Assembly (NCBI GenBank): GCA_024280775.1
Contig: JAJRPM010000014.1
Location: 78,477 to 142,476, forward strand
Length of the DNA: 64,000 bases
From: Candidatus Zixiibacteriota bacterium
GTDB lineage: Bacteria > Zixibacteria > MSB-5A5 > GN15 > JACZUZ01
Direction of reading: 5' to 3'
Part shown: piece after piece, positions 31,269 through 40,478 of the stretch
Numbering within the stretch: position 1 is the first letter of the stretch
How the letters are laid out: each line of letters begins with the position of its first letter
Translations under genes and position numbers: made by a program
Notes under the pieces: model-generated
The model's database searches: none
What the model saw: only the letters and a program-made list of their open reading frames with translations
Told to the model about the DNA's origin: nothing

Positions 31269-33113
31269 CTACTTCAAGAACACCATTTTCTTGGAGGCGG
31301 TTAAGTCACCGGCGGTGACTTTGTAGAAATACATACCGCTGGCTACTGGATTGCCTTTGGTGTCAGTTGCATCCCAGGTGACTCTATGGAGACCGGCGGA
31401 TTGTTTTCCCTGCTCGAAGGCTTTTACTTTTTGCCCGAGGACATTGAAAATCGCAATAGTGACTTCGGCTTTGGCGGGCAAACTGTATGAGATTTCCGTT
31501 GTCGGGTTGAAGGGATTCGGGAAATTCTGATGGAGCTCAAATGACTCAGGAAGTGGTGTTCCGGATTCGGTTCCGTCATCTATATCAGTTATGATATCAG
31601 TTACATAGCGCCAGTATAGAGTTAGACGTGGAGCGTCATTGGCTGTGGGTAAGACAGCCGGGCCTATGTGGTTCATCTCGATGTTGGATGTGCTGTAAAG
31701 AGTATCAGTCTGCATAGCGAATCCATAGTTTACTGAAGGAGAATCCACCCATGCCTGGAACCAAGCGGGATTCACAGGAAACCTGGTCCAGCTATTCGGA
31801 GGTGTGGCGGTTTTGTTTTCACGCAGAGTGTCCTGCGGTCTCCAGGGGAAAATATCTACCGTTGTGTCTTTGGCTCCTACTGTTTTCCATGCGGAATCAG
31901 TCACCAGATCGCCGTAATTGGCCGGCCAGAGGTGGCGTGAGGTTGACGGGTACGCCGGAGTGAATCTATTAGCCCAGTGATTGGTCGTGGCGGCGGTATC
32001 ACCGACTCCACAGGACACTCCGGTGTAGGTGGAGTTTCCTTGATTGAACTTTACCTGTCTACGTATTCTTGCGCCATAGACCCGGAAGTCAAAGCTGGAA
32101 TCTGTGCCTTGTATGTTATAGGCGGAAAACGGCCTAAGGAACATGGAGAAATTGACGGAATCAATCACGATTTTTAGGCCTGTTGGAGCCGCTCCAATAT
32201 ATTTAGCCAGCGAATCAAATCTTATCATGTACGATGGCTCTTCGCCGCTATCGAAACCAGTGCGAATATCATCGCCATCGGAAATAGTGGCCATGTTGCA
32301 GGAACCGATTTCAAACCAGGTGTTAGCCATGAGATGGTCTGTGACTTTGACGCGATTGTGAACGATTGGATTCGCGGTATCACCCAGCAACCAGTAGAAC
32401 GACCTAGTGAAGAGCAAATCCCATCCGTGGCTCCAACTCCAAACACTGGCATTGGTGAACCCGCTATAGATTCGTCTATTTGGCGCCGGAGTTACACCAT
32501 CCTGTAATAAAGCTCCTGAATCAACTGCTACCATGCAGGCCACATTCGAACCGGGAGATTCTTTGGAAAGAACCAAAGCTTGCAAATCTCCACCGTTTGC
32601 TCCTGATGCCTGACCAACTGTTAGGTTGGCATTGACAATTGGGAACAGTGTGTCGCCTGGGGCCGGACGGGTTATCCAGTGATTGTGTTGATTGAGCCAG
32701 GTATTGGTCGAGGTGGCGTTTAGCTTAGCGCCTAGATTGAAGTTAGTCAGGGCATTGGCATTGAAGAGCAATATCGGAACATTTATGCCGGATATGTGGT
32801 AGGCGCTGAAGTTTGACGAGGCCCAGATTACTACCGAGGCTCCAACAGAATCCCACCATAGCTGATTGTTTCTCTGATTGTGCGCCTGCAGGTCATCGAG
32901 GTATTCCGGTAGAAATGAACCTCCCGAAGAAGTAGTTAGTGAATCTCGGATGTAAGAGAAAATCAGCGCGTCATCGGGACTCACAGCAGAAGTATTCGGA
33001 ACCACAAATACGACCTTAGCGTCGGCGCCAAAGCCGCTTGAAGGCGCTAAGACCAAGGTGGACAACACTATCAATAAAGCGGCGATTGGATTGAAAGATG
33101 TTTGTCTAGGCAT
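31269..33113 (-). CDS. Secreted protein of unknown function with a T9SS-type C-terminal sorting domain
   Basis: A signal peptide is present. The C-terminal ~85 aa (about 31269-31530) read ..FELHQNFPNPFNPTTEISYSLP..VTIAIFNVLGQKV....GLHRVTWDATD..GNPVASGMYFYKVTAG......KMVFLK, which matches the Por/T9SS CTD (type A) pattern. Confidence 0.7.
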   Translation of the reverse strand: MPRQTSFNPIAALLIVLSTLVLAPSSGFGADAKVVFVVPNTSAVSPDDALIFSYIRDSLTTSSGGSFLPEYLDDLQAHNQRNNQLWWDSVGASVVIWASSNFSAYHISGINVPILLFNANALTNFNLGAKLNATSTNTWLNQHNHWITRPAPGDTLFPIVNANLTVGQASGANGGDLQALVLSKESPGSNVACMVAVDSGALLQDGVTPAPNRRIYSGFTNASVWSWSHGWDLLFTRSFYWLLGDTANPIVHNRVKVTDHLMANTWFEIGSCNMATISDGDDIRTGFDSGEEPSYMIRFDSLAKYIGAAPTGLKIVIDSVNFSMFLRPFSAYNIQGTDSSFDFRVYGARIRRQVKFNQGNSTYTGVSCGVGDTAATTNHWANRFTPAYPSTSRHLWPANYGDLVTDSAWKTVGAKDTTVDIFPWRPQDTLRENKTATPPNSWTRFPVNPAWFQAWVDSPSVNYGFAMQTDTLYSTSNIEMNHIGPAVLPTANDAPRLTLYWRYVTDIITDIDDGTESGTPLPESFELHQNFPNPFNPTTEISYSLPAKAEVTIAIFNVLGQKVKAFEQGKQSAGLHRVTWDATDTKGNPVASGMYFYKVTAGDLTASKKMVFLK

Positions 33114-33669
33114 ATCCCTGTGTATCGGCAGTGAATACTAACTGCATGATATCCTTATTGAAATTGTTTCTTCCTGAAAACATTGATAAGCCGGACACTA
33201 CAACAGAAGTATAGGCATTTGTCTCCATCGTAGCTAGGGGAATCGGCGCCGAAAGCAGTCCGAATTACGAGACTTAGGCAAGGAGAGCTAAAAGACAACT
33301 ATAACGGAGGCCAAAGACAATGTTTCATTTGGCTAGTTTTCGGGCTATATCCGAAGCAGGGACAAATATAGTCTCTCTAAAGAAAGTGATTGCCTTACAG
33401 GCGATTGTTATGTACTATCCTTCAGTGCGCGGTAACAGATTGCTAACCCGGTAATCTTCCCGCGCCTATTTTATCTTAATATCCCCCCGACAGATTATTA
33501 ATGCTATTTGTGTTTATGCTGATAACTTGTGGGTGGAGTGACTAACCAGCGGTAATAGTTCTGAGAACGACTACTGCGTAAACTTTTGGGCCGCCAACAG
33601 TGGGGCCATGTTTTTTGAAGGGGCGCTCTTTTTGGAGAGCAAGCTACTTCTAGAAGGAATGATGTAATC

Positions 33670-35577
33670 ATGACACCGGTTGAGAAAATTAGAAATCTGG
33701 CGATTGTCGCCCATATTGATCATGGCAAAACTACCCTGATTGATTCAATCTTCCAGGCTACTCAGACTTTTCGAGATAATCAGGAAGTCAAAGAGCGTTT
33801 GATGGACAACAATGTCCTTGAACGTGAGCGTGGAATTACAATTCGCTCAAAGCATTGCACTGTTCAATGGAAAGATTATCTGATTAACATCATTGACACT
33901 CCGGGCCATGCGGATTTTTCCGGTGAGGTTGAGCGTGTGCTTTCTATGGTGGATTCGGTGTTGCTACTGGTTGACGCCAATGAAGGGCCGATGCCGCAGA
34001 CTCGCTATGTCTTGATGCGGGCTTTGAAACTTGGTTTACGGCCGATTGTGATTATCAACAAAGCGGATCGTCCTAACGCTCAACCCGAGCAGGCTCTCAA
34101 TAAGACTTTTGATTTGTTTATCGATCTAGGCGCCACTGATGAGCAGGCGCATTTCCCGGTTCTTTATGGTTCCGGTCTGAATGGCTGGTTTGTGAAAGAT
34201 TTTGAGAATGATAAGCATGAAGACGGCATGGACGCTCTTTTCCAGTCAATTGTCGATGATGTGCCCAGCCCTACTGTTCAGGAGGGTGATTCGTTTGTCA
34301 TGCAGGTTAGTTCGCTGGACTGGAGTGACTACATTGGTCAAATCGGTTGCGGTAGGGTAATCAGCGGTTCGCTGAAAAAAGGCGACGAGTTTTTCAGTCA
34401 CGTTCAACACTGGAAGGACCTATCCAATCAAAGCGCAGGTTGGGAGTATATTAGCTCATCAAAAGCTAAGTGTGTTAACCTCTGGGTTTCCCGGGGCTTG
34501 GAGCGCGTTGCGACTGATGAGGTAAGTGTCGGTGATATTGTCTGGCTGGCCGGACCGGATGAGATTGGTATCGGTGATACATTCTCGACTGTTGAAGATA
34601 AGTCGGTGGCGCTGAAGCCGTTGGAGATTGAAGAGCCGACAGTTTCGATGTTCTTCTTGGTCAACTCAGGGCCGTTCTCCGGTGATGACGGCACAGCGAT
34701 TATGTTGCGGCAGCTCAAGGAGCGTTTGCAGAGAGAATTGCGTGTAAATGTTGCTTTGCGGATGGAAGATATCGGCCGTTCCGACGGTGTGAAAGTTTCC
34801 GGACGTGGTGAATTGCACTTGGCGATTTTGATTGAAGAAATGCGCCGCGAGGGGCTGGAGTTTTGCGTGTCACGTCCTGAAGTTATTACTCATAAGGACG
34901 CCGCCGGTAATACTCTCGAACCAATTGAGCAGTTAATTATTGATGTACCCGAGGAACATCAGGGAGTTGTAATCGAGAAGCTGGCCCGCAGGCAAGGCGG
35001 ACTCAGGCAAATTGATAATGCCGGGACAAACATTGTTCGTCTTGAATTTGGCATCCCTACTCGCGGTTTGATTGGCTACCGTTCGGAGTTTTTGACTGAC
35101 ACACGTGGCTTGGGAATCATGGCCTCAAGGTTTATTGGATTTGGCCCCTGGCGCGGTGAGATTAATCCGCGCAGTCGCGGATCGGTTATTAGTATGGAAA
35201 CCGGTTCGGTGACCGCCTATGCGCTTGAGGGACTTCAGGAGCGCACGGTTATGTTTGTTGAGCCGGCTGATAAGATTTACGCCGGGCAAATTGTCGGTGA
35301 GAACACACGCCCTGATGATTTACCCTGCAACCCCACCAAGAAGAAACATCTGACCAACCATCGCGCTTCCACCAAGGACATAGGTGTCAAACTGGATGTT
35401 CCGCGTATATTGTCACTGGAGCAGGCGATGGAATGGATTAGCGATGACGAGCTAGTCGAAGTCACGCCAAAGTCTATTCGAGTTCGCAAGGCAATTCTTG
35501 ACCCTGACAAACGCAAGCGCGCACACAAGGTACAAGCAAGTTTGGCTGAGAGCGCCGCGGCTACAGCGGCTAAGTAG
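33670..35577 (+). CDS. typA: Translational GTPase TypA/BipA
   Basis: The 635-aa ORF contains [30 protein letters not shown] and is EF-G-like throughout. Confidence 0.95.
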   Translation: MTPVEKIRNLAIVAHIDHGKTTLIDSIFQATQTFRDNQEVKERLMDNNVLERERGITIRSKHCTVQWKDYLINIIDTPGHADFSGEVERVLSMVDSVLLLVDANEGPMPQTRYVLMRALKLGLRPIVIINKADRPNAQPEQALNKTFDLFIDLGATDEQAHFPVLYGSGLNGWFVKDFENDKHEDGMDALFQSIVDDVPSPTVQEGDSFVMQVSSLDWSDYIGQIGCGRVISGSLKKGDEFFSHVQHWKDLSNQSAGWEYISSSKAKCVNLWVSRGLERVATDEVSVGDIVWLAGPDEIGIGDTFSTVEDKSVALKPLEIEEPTVSMFFLVNSGPFSGDDGTAIMLRQLKERLQRELRVNVALRMEDIGRSDGVKVSGRGELHLAILIEEMRREGLEFCVSRPEVITHKDAAGNTLEPIEQLIIDVPEEHQGVVIEKLARRQGGLRQIDNAGTNIVRLEFGIPTRGLIGYRSEFLTDTRGLGIMASRFIGFGPWRGEINPRSRGSVISMETGSVTAYALEGLQERTVMFVEPADKIYAGQIVGENTRPDDLPCNPTKKKHLTNHRASTKDIGVKLDVPRILSLEQAMEWISDDELVEVTPKSIRVRKAILDPDKRKRAHKVQASLAESAAATAAK

Positions 35578-35640
35578 CTGAAGTGAACGAACCCGCAGCA
35601 AGCTGTGGGCGACCGTGCTCGGACGTTCGTCCGGATTTCA

Positions 35641-35678
35641 AGTAGTCGTAGCTCAAAACCCTTACGGTTTTGAGGATG
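35641..35678. repeat. 38-nt repeat R2, left copy (AGTAGTCGTAGCTCAAAACCCTTACGGTTTTGAGGATG)
   Basis: It is repeated directly at 35911-35948 with 1 mismatch and contains the hairpin CTCAAAACC/GGTTTTGAG. Confidence 0.8.
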
Positions 35679-35692
35679 TCTGCTGCCAAGCC

Positions 35693-35908
35693 GTCTCGCC
35701 CGCGAAGGCGGGCGGCTAGGCAAGCCAAGATTTAGCAACCCGCTGAGAATAGAAACAAGTAAACACTACTACTTGTATATCTCACGATTGGTTCTGCCAA
35801 TAGGCTGTGAAACGCAAGGCAAGAAATAAATCCAAGCTAGTAGCGCCTCAGGTGAGGAGATTGCCTAATTCTCCCGCTTGACTGGATGCCCGCCTCCGCG
35901 GGCGAGAC
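35693..35908 (+). repeat. 216-bp MITE-like element R1, copy 1, with 21-nt terminal inverted repeats
   Basis: The ends are GTCTCGCCCGCGAAGGCGGGC ... GCCCGCCTCCGCGGGCGAGAC. The whole element aligns with the reverse complement of 50218-50434, at roughly 85% identity by eye. Confidence 0.8.
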
Positions 35909-35910
35909 GC

Positions 35911-35948
35911 AGTAGTCGTAGCTCAAAACCCTTGCGGTTTTGAGGATG
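35911..35948. repeat. 38-nt repeat R2, right copy
   Basis: A direct repeat of 35641-35678, located 2 nt after the end of R1. Confidence 0.8.
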
Positions 35949-35960
35949 GGTCGCGCACAG

Positions 35961-36082
35961 CTTGCTGTGGGAGTGTACCGGTTCTGGTTTCCTGTTCACA
36001 TTTCAACTGCCTCATCATCAAAATGTCGCAATATAGGCATAGAGAATAATACAAAGCGAACGAGCTCACAGCAAGCTGTGGG
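35961..36082 (+). repeat. ~120-bp MITE-like element R4, copy 1, with CCCACAGCAAG-type palindromic termini
   Basis: It aligns over about 120 bp, at roughly 80% identity by eye, with the reverse complement of 40331-40450. The core ..GTTCACA.TTCAAC..CCATCATC.AAATGTCGCAAT.TAGG.A.AGAGAATAATACAAAGCGAACGA.. is shared. Confidence 0.75.
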
Positions 36083-36275
36083 AATGTACCGGGGTACAAA
36101 CCATTCACATTGGTAACATATCAGACCGAGGACATAGGTAACAGTTTTGATTATGGTATATGTCATGGAGGTGATGTATGCCGTGGAAAGAGACTTGCCC
36201 TTGTGTTGACCCGGTCACACAGATATACTCTACAACAAACGAACTCCGAATTGCACAACAATTCCACGCAGAACA

Positions 36276-38294
36276 ATGCCGAATCACAATCCCAAAACGC
36301 TACCACTTGCTACAGCAGTAATCTCCACACTAGCCCTGCTCTGGATTGCAGCGCTTACTCACTCAGATTCAATGTGGGGCGCCAATCACCTCAGATTCCT
36401 ACCAACCGGCTATTGGTATCTATTCGGCCTGGGTTCTCTTCTAGTTGCTCTGTCACTATTTCGACCAACAGTCTTTAGTCTCTTTTCGCTAGATATCGAA
36501 TCTTGGAAATCGAGAGCCGTCATCGCAATTAGCGCAGGTCTTCTGTTTTACCTGATACGCATCGACACATTCCTGCTAGGTGATGGCTACGCATGGCTAA
36601 GTATCATGGGCAGAGGCGCTAACTTCATCCACAAATGGACCGAACCCGGCTCAATTCTCATCATAAGAGCCATACAGTCGGCGCTCGGCGGCTATACACA
36701 AGCAAACGCCCTGTTGGCATTCCAAACAGTCTCTGTAATATCCGGCATCATCGTATGGTACAACCTCCTCAGTATAGCAATTATCAGCGCCTCCAAAGGC
36801 CCTCTTCGCACCTTGCTTGCGGTAACCCTTCTTGCATCAGGAACGACACTACTGTTCACAGGCTATGTAGAGTTCTATCCTATCCTGTGGGCGGCGGCAA
36901 CCACCTTCATCTATCAAGCGCTGCGCTATCTAAAAGACCGAAAGAGACTATGGCTAGTCCTGTTGGCGTTTCTGTTGAGCGCCTTGATGCACCTGCAGGC
37001 TCTCTACTTCATTCTCGCGGTCACATACCTGATACTAGAGAAAGTCTCATTTCGTTTTCCGGCCCTCCGCTCCCGAAATCTCGTCATTTGCGTATCCGGC
37101 GTGATTCTTCTGCTGGGTGTCGCAGTGTTCTACTGGCTCTACGACAATCTGCTCGAGTTCGAAGTGATTTTTCTGCCGTTTTTTCAGGGGCGCTCCGCAT
37201 CGCCTGACTATGCTGTGTTCTCAGTTTCACATCTAAGAGACATTGTCAATCTCATCTTTCTGATTTTCCCCGGAGCGCTGATTCTGATAGCATTGCGAAT
37301 TTGGCACACAACATCCAACGCCAAGCCTGCAACACCTCTGTCACCAACAGCGTTGTTTCTAGTCCTCTGTTCGCTGGGTTCAGTTTCGTTTCTGATAATG
37401 ATAGACCCAGTAATCGGCATGGCCCGTGACTGGGACCTTTTCTCACTGACAGTTCTACCGCCTTTACTATTATTCTTCCTGTGGCTCAGGCAAATCGACG
37501 AAAAGCGCCTTGGCCAGATTCTGATTCCTTACACACTAATCTGCATCATCGCTACAGGCGCCTTCCTGGCCGCCAACATCACCACAGAATCCGCGCAGAA
37601 TCGATTCCATTCGATTCTGCGCTACTATGGCGCAAAAGAAAGATCCGGTTGGGTGCTCTTCGCAAACTATTTGAAAGAGCGCGGAGACAGTCAAGGACAA
37701 CTGGATCTACTAGCAGAAATGGCGAAAAAGTTTCCAGAGGACAAATCACTAGAACAATTCTATGCGTTGCTATCACGACATAAATATCAACCGGCCCTAA
37801 AGCTCGCTAGAGAAATGTATCGTAAAGATTCCTACCGGGGAGACTTCCTGCAAGCGCTGGGAAATGTATTTCGGCGTTTGAAAGTCTTTGACAGCTCCGA
37901 TTACTATTTCAATAGGGCAATTACACTAAGGCCACACAACTCAATGCTCCTTAACGAATACGGTCAATCATTGATTACGCAAGGACGCCTCAATGAAGCC
38001 CTGCAAGTATTGATCACCGCGCACTATTACAGCCCGACAAATTCAGCAATCATGGAAGGCATAGGCTTAGCTCACTACAAAATGAACCAATACGATTCAA
38101 CTTCACTAATTGCTGATTCGCTTTTTATCATGGATCAAAATTCTCCCGGCGGTCACTTGCTCAGACTGATAGTAGCCTTACAAAACAATTCCAAAGAAGA
38201 AGCAAATCGCCACTTCAAGGAATACAAAAAGCACGGAAGAAAACGCTCCGACTATAGAAACATACTGGAATATTACGGGTACTTAGAAGAATAG
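36276..38294 (+). CDS. Polytopic membrane protein (about 11-13 TM helices) with a C-terminal TPR domain; function unknown, possibly a GT-C-like glycosyltransferase
   Basis: The 672-aa ORF has many hydrophobic helices over the first ~430 aa, then TPR-like repeats (..YRGDFLQALGNVFRRLKVFDSSDYYFNRAITLRPHN..). I recognise no catalytic motif with confidence. Confidence 0.5.
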   Translation: MPNHNPKTLPLATAVISTLALLWIAALTHSDSMWGANHLRFLPTGYWYLFGLGSLLVALSLFRPTVFSLFSLDIESWKSRAVIAISAGLLFYLIRIDTFLLGDGYAWLSIMGRGANFIHKWTEPGSILIIRAIQSALGGYTQANALLAFQTVSVISGIIVWYNLLSIAIISASKGPLRTLLAVTLLASGTTLLFTGYVEFYPILWAAATTFIYQALRYLKDRKRLWLVLLAFLLSALMHLQALYFILAVTYLILEKVSFRFPALRSRNLVICVSGVILLLGVAVFYWLYDNLLEFEVIFLPFFQGRSASPDYAVFSVSHLRDIVNLIFLIFPGALILIALRIWHTTSNAKPATPLSPTALFLVLCSLGSVSFLIMIDPVIGMARDWDLFSLTVLPPLLLFFLWLRQIDEKRLGQILIPYTLICIIATGAFLAANITTESAQNRFHSILRYYGAKERSGWVLFANYLKERGDSQGQLDLLAEMAKKFPEDKSLEQFYALLSRHKYQPALKLAREMYRKDSYRGDFLQALGNVFRRLKVFDSSDYYFNRAITLRPHNSMLLNEYGQSLITQGRLNEALQVLITAHYYSPTNSAIMEGIGLAHYKMNQYDSTSLIADSLFIMDQNSPGGHLLRLIVALQNNSKEEANRHFKEYKKHGRKRSDYRNILEYYGYLEE

Positions 38295-38352
38295 CCCGAA
38301 TGTCACATCACCTCTGAATGATGTGATGTGACACCCGAGCCAATAATGAATA

Positions 38353-39873
38353 TTACTGAGCAGTAGAGCCACAAATCGGCATCGGCCCGCCGCCAAAAAT
38401 CCTGTCAATTCCATAAGTGACATCAGCTATGTTGAACATATTATCACCATTAGCGTCAGCCTCATCCTGACACAACGGAGCAGGTCCTCCTGAAAATATC
38501 CTCGCAATGCTGAATGAAACATCGGCAATGTTAAATTTGTTGTCGGAGTTTGCATCGCCGGGGATATTGCAACATCCCGCCTGACATGACGCCGGCCGAC
38601 CACAACTGTTCTGGAACATCAAAAGAGATTCAGAAATAGCCAGGTCACCGATACAATCACCGTTAACATCACCAACTATACCCAAAGCGCGTCCAACACC
38701 GCTACTACCTGTTTGACCTGCTATCACTGCAATTGTCGATTGGTCTGCGCCGGAGAAAACATAAGCGCGTCCTGCGATACTAAATGCACGATTGGCTCCG
38801 ACAACTATATCAGGAACTCCATCGCTATTGAGATCTTCGCCGCCTGTGACAAACACACCGAAACCTTCACGACTACCGACACTAGTGGGGTCGAATAAAG
38901 TTGTATCAGGCCAAAGAGTAAACAGTAAATTCCCGTCTATACCAGAAAACACATCGGCGCGTCCCGTTCCATATACGCCTATCTGACCATCGTTGTGGGC
39001 TCCGACTATGAAATCCGGTGAACCGTCTTGATTAATGTCTCCAATCGATGAAACAGAGATTCCAAAATAGTCGCTCTGACCCGGCATACTTGATGTCACC
39101 GTATAAATTAGTCCTCCTGTGGCGCCGGAGAAAACACTAACGGTATTATGATCAGTTGCATTGAGCATAAAAGTCGTAGCCCCAAAATCCGGAACACCAT
39201 CGCTATCAACATCGCCTAAGCCCGAAACATTTAGTCCGAAAGCTCCACTTTCTACTGTACCTACTATTGAGTGAATTATCTCTCCATCCACGCCAGAATA
39301 CACAATTACTCTACCATAAGTGGGAAAGGGGGCGCCATCTATAAATCCAGATTGACCAACTCCAAAATCTTCATATCCGTCCCCGTTAACATCCCCAATT
39401 ATATCTAACCCAATACCAAAAGAAGCCCCGTTGACCCCCGTCAATCGATATAGGAGCGAGCCGGAAATTCCGTCAAATACATCCACGCGACTTTTCCAGG
39501 AAGTAACCGCGCTACCGACAATATCTCGAACACCATCACCGTTGATGTCGGCAATACTATGCGCCGCACGGCCTTGAGGTCCCAGAATCGTATTTCCACT
39601 TATGATTGTCGTACTTATAGATAGAAGAACACTACCGTCTCTTCCTGAAACTATTTGTGTTGGATCTCCACCAATTAGAATATCCGGCACACCGTCTACA
39701 TCATAGTCTCCTGCGTCATCAAATGTTGTGATATTTCTCGGCAAAGGAGTCGATGCGATAATAGTGCATGAATTCTCAGCGTGGCTAATCTCTGTGTGGA
39801 CCGCAAAGGCAACCAGCGCTACACCAAGTAACGCAACTAACTTTGAACGGTAAATCTTGGAATTGCTGAACAT
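38353..39873 (-). CDS. Secreted FG-GAP/integrin-alpha-like beta-propeller protein with a C-terminal double dockerin-like module
   Basis: A signal peptide is present. FG-GAP calcium loops repeat (DINGDGVRDIV, GDVNGDGYEDFGVG, GDVDSDGVPDFG, GDINQDGSPDFIVG, EDLNSDGVPDIVVG, GDVNGDCIGDLAI). The dockerin-like module is at 38371-38574. Confidence 0.8.
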   Translation of the reverse strand: MFSNSKIYRSKLVALLGVALVAFAVHTEISHAENSCTIIASTPLPRNITTFDDAGDYDVDGVPDILIGGDPTQIVSGRDGSVLLSISTTIISGNTILGPQGRAAHSIADINGDGVRDIVGSAVTSWKSRVDVFDGISGSLLYRLTGVNGASFGIGLDIIGDVNGDGYEDFGVGQSGFIDGAPFPTYGRVIVYSGVDGEIIHSIVGTVESGAFGLNVSGLGDVDSDGVPDFGATTFMLNATDHNTVSVFSGATGGLIYTVTSSMPGQSDYFGISVSSIGDINQDGSPDFIVGAHNDGQIGVYGTGRADVFSGIDGNLLFTLWPDTTLFDPTSVGSREGFGVFVTGGEDLNSDGVPDIVVGANRAFSIAGRAYVFSGADQSTIAVIAGQTGSSGVGRALGIVGDVNGDCIGDLAISESLLMFQNSCGRPASCQAGCCNIPGDANSDNKFNIADVSFSIARIFSGGPAPLCQDEADANGDNMFNIADVTYGIDRIFGGGPMPICGSTAQ

Positions 39874-40330
39874 CTCGGGCCTCTCTGTTCTTTTCCCCTC
39901 TTTCGTTTTCTGTACAAAAGAAACACGAGAACAGAAGAATTGTCAAGCATTTTCTCGCCCTAAAAGTGTGTTAAGTCATTTTCGCCGGACGGATTACGAG
40001 CCTTTCCTGAGGCCGCAAAATCTTACAAAACTTTTTTTGAAAACATAGTTTTGTTGTAGTGACACTATCATCAGCAATGTTGAGTAAGACGTGACTCACG
40101 CAACTCAGTTTGCCGCATAGAGATTTATTTAGTCTCAAATGGAAAATAGTCTAGCGGTGAATAGGCGCCGACAAAGTGGCGGCGCCCCTTTGGGTTCGCT
40201 TAATATATCTCGTCTCATCGGTAACAGTTTAGACCGGGCACATGGGTAACGGACTTGTAGGTTGAAACTCTTGCGTTTTCGACATGACTGCTAGTACCAG
40301 AAAAATCGTAACCACAAGGGTTTCGATCTA

Positions 40331-40450
40331 CGGAAATTGCTGTGGATTCGTTCGCTTTGTATTATTCTCTGTACCTAGATTGCGACATTTAGATGATGGG
40401 ACCGTTGAAGTGTGAACGAGAAATTAGAATCGATAGATTCCCACAGCAAG
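40331..40450 (-). repeat. R4 element, copy 2, inverted relative to copy 1
   Basis: See 35961-36082. It directly abuts the 3' truncation point of the integrase fragment. Confidence 0.75.
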
Positions 40451-40478
40451 TAGCAAACTGCGGGCGCCCTAGCCACAC

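Noticed and set aside
33588-33617. A terminator-like T-run (GGCC..GGCC ATGTTTTTT) and other hairpins in the 556-nt region upstream of typA, which could be a leader or an ncRNA.
   Set aside because: The stem is only ~4 bp. I could not match the region to tmRNA, SRP, RNase P, 6S or any riboswitch signature by eye. The long gap remains unexplained but offers nothing I can support.
35277-35738. A 153-aa minus-strand ORF spanning the typA 3' end and the repeat cluster. Also an 88-aa ORF at 50258-50524 inside R1 copy 2, and 60-63-aa ORFs at 35923-36287 and 39857-40048.
   Set aside because: They are made of antisense typA sequence or of repeat-element sequence, have no motifs or plausible RBS, and are Arg/Ser/Cys-rich. 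They are most likely spurious.
36078-36100. Similarity of ATGTACCGGGGTACAAACC (right edge of R4 copy 1) to the T-arm region GTGTCCGGGGTTCAAGTCC of the tRNA at 40887-40960, which could be a distal att site for the island.
   Set aside because: The match is short and imperfect and lies on the opposite strand (inverted, not direct), so it cannot be an attL/attR duplicate. It is probably chance.
35580-36110. A CRISPR array, as an explanation for the dense short repeats here and at 29.0-29.25 kb and 50.2-50.75 kb.
   Set aside because: The repeats belong to several different families, are mostly inverted or palindromic, and have irregular spacing with no unique spacers of constant length. No cas genes are nearby.
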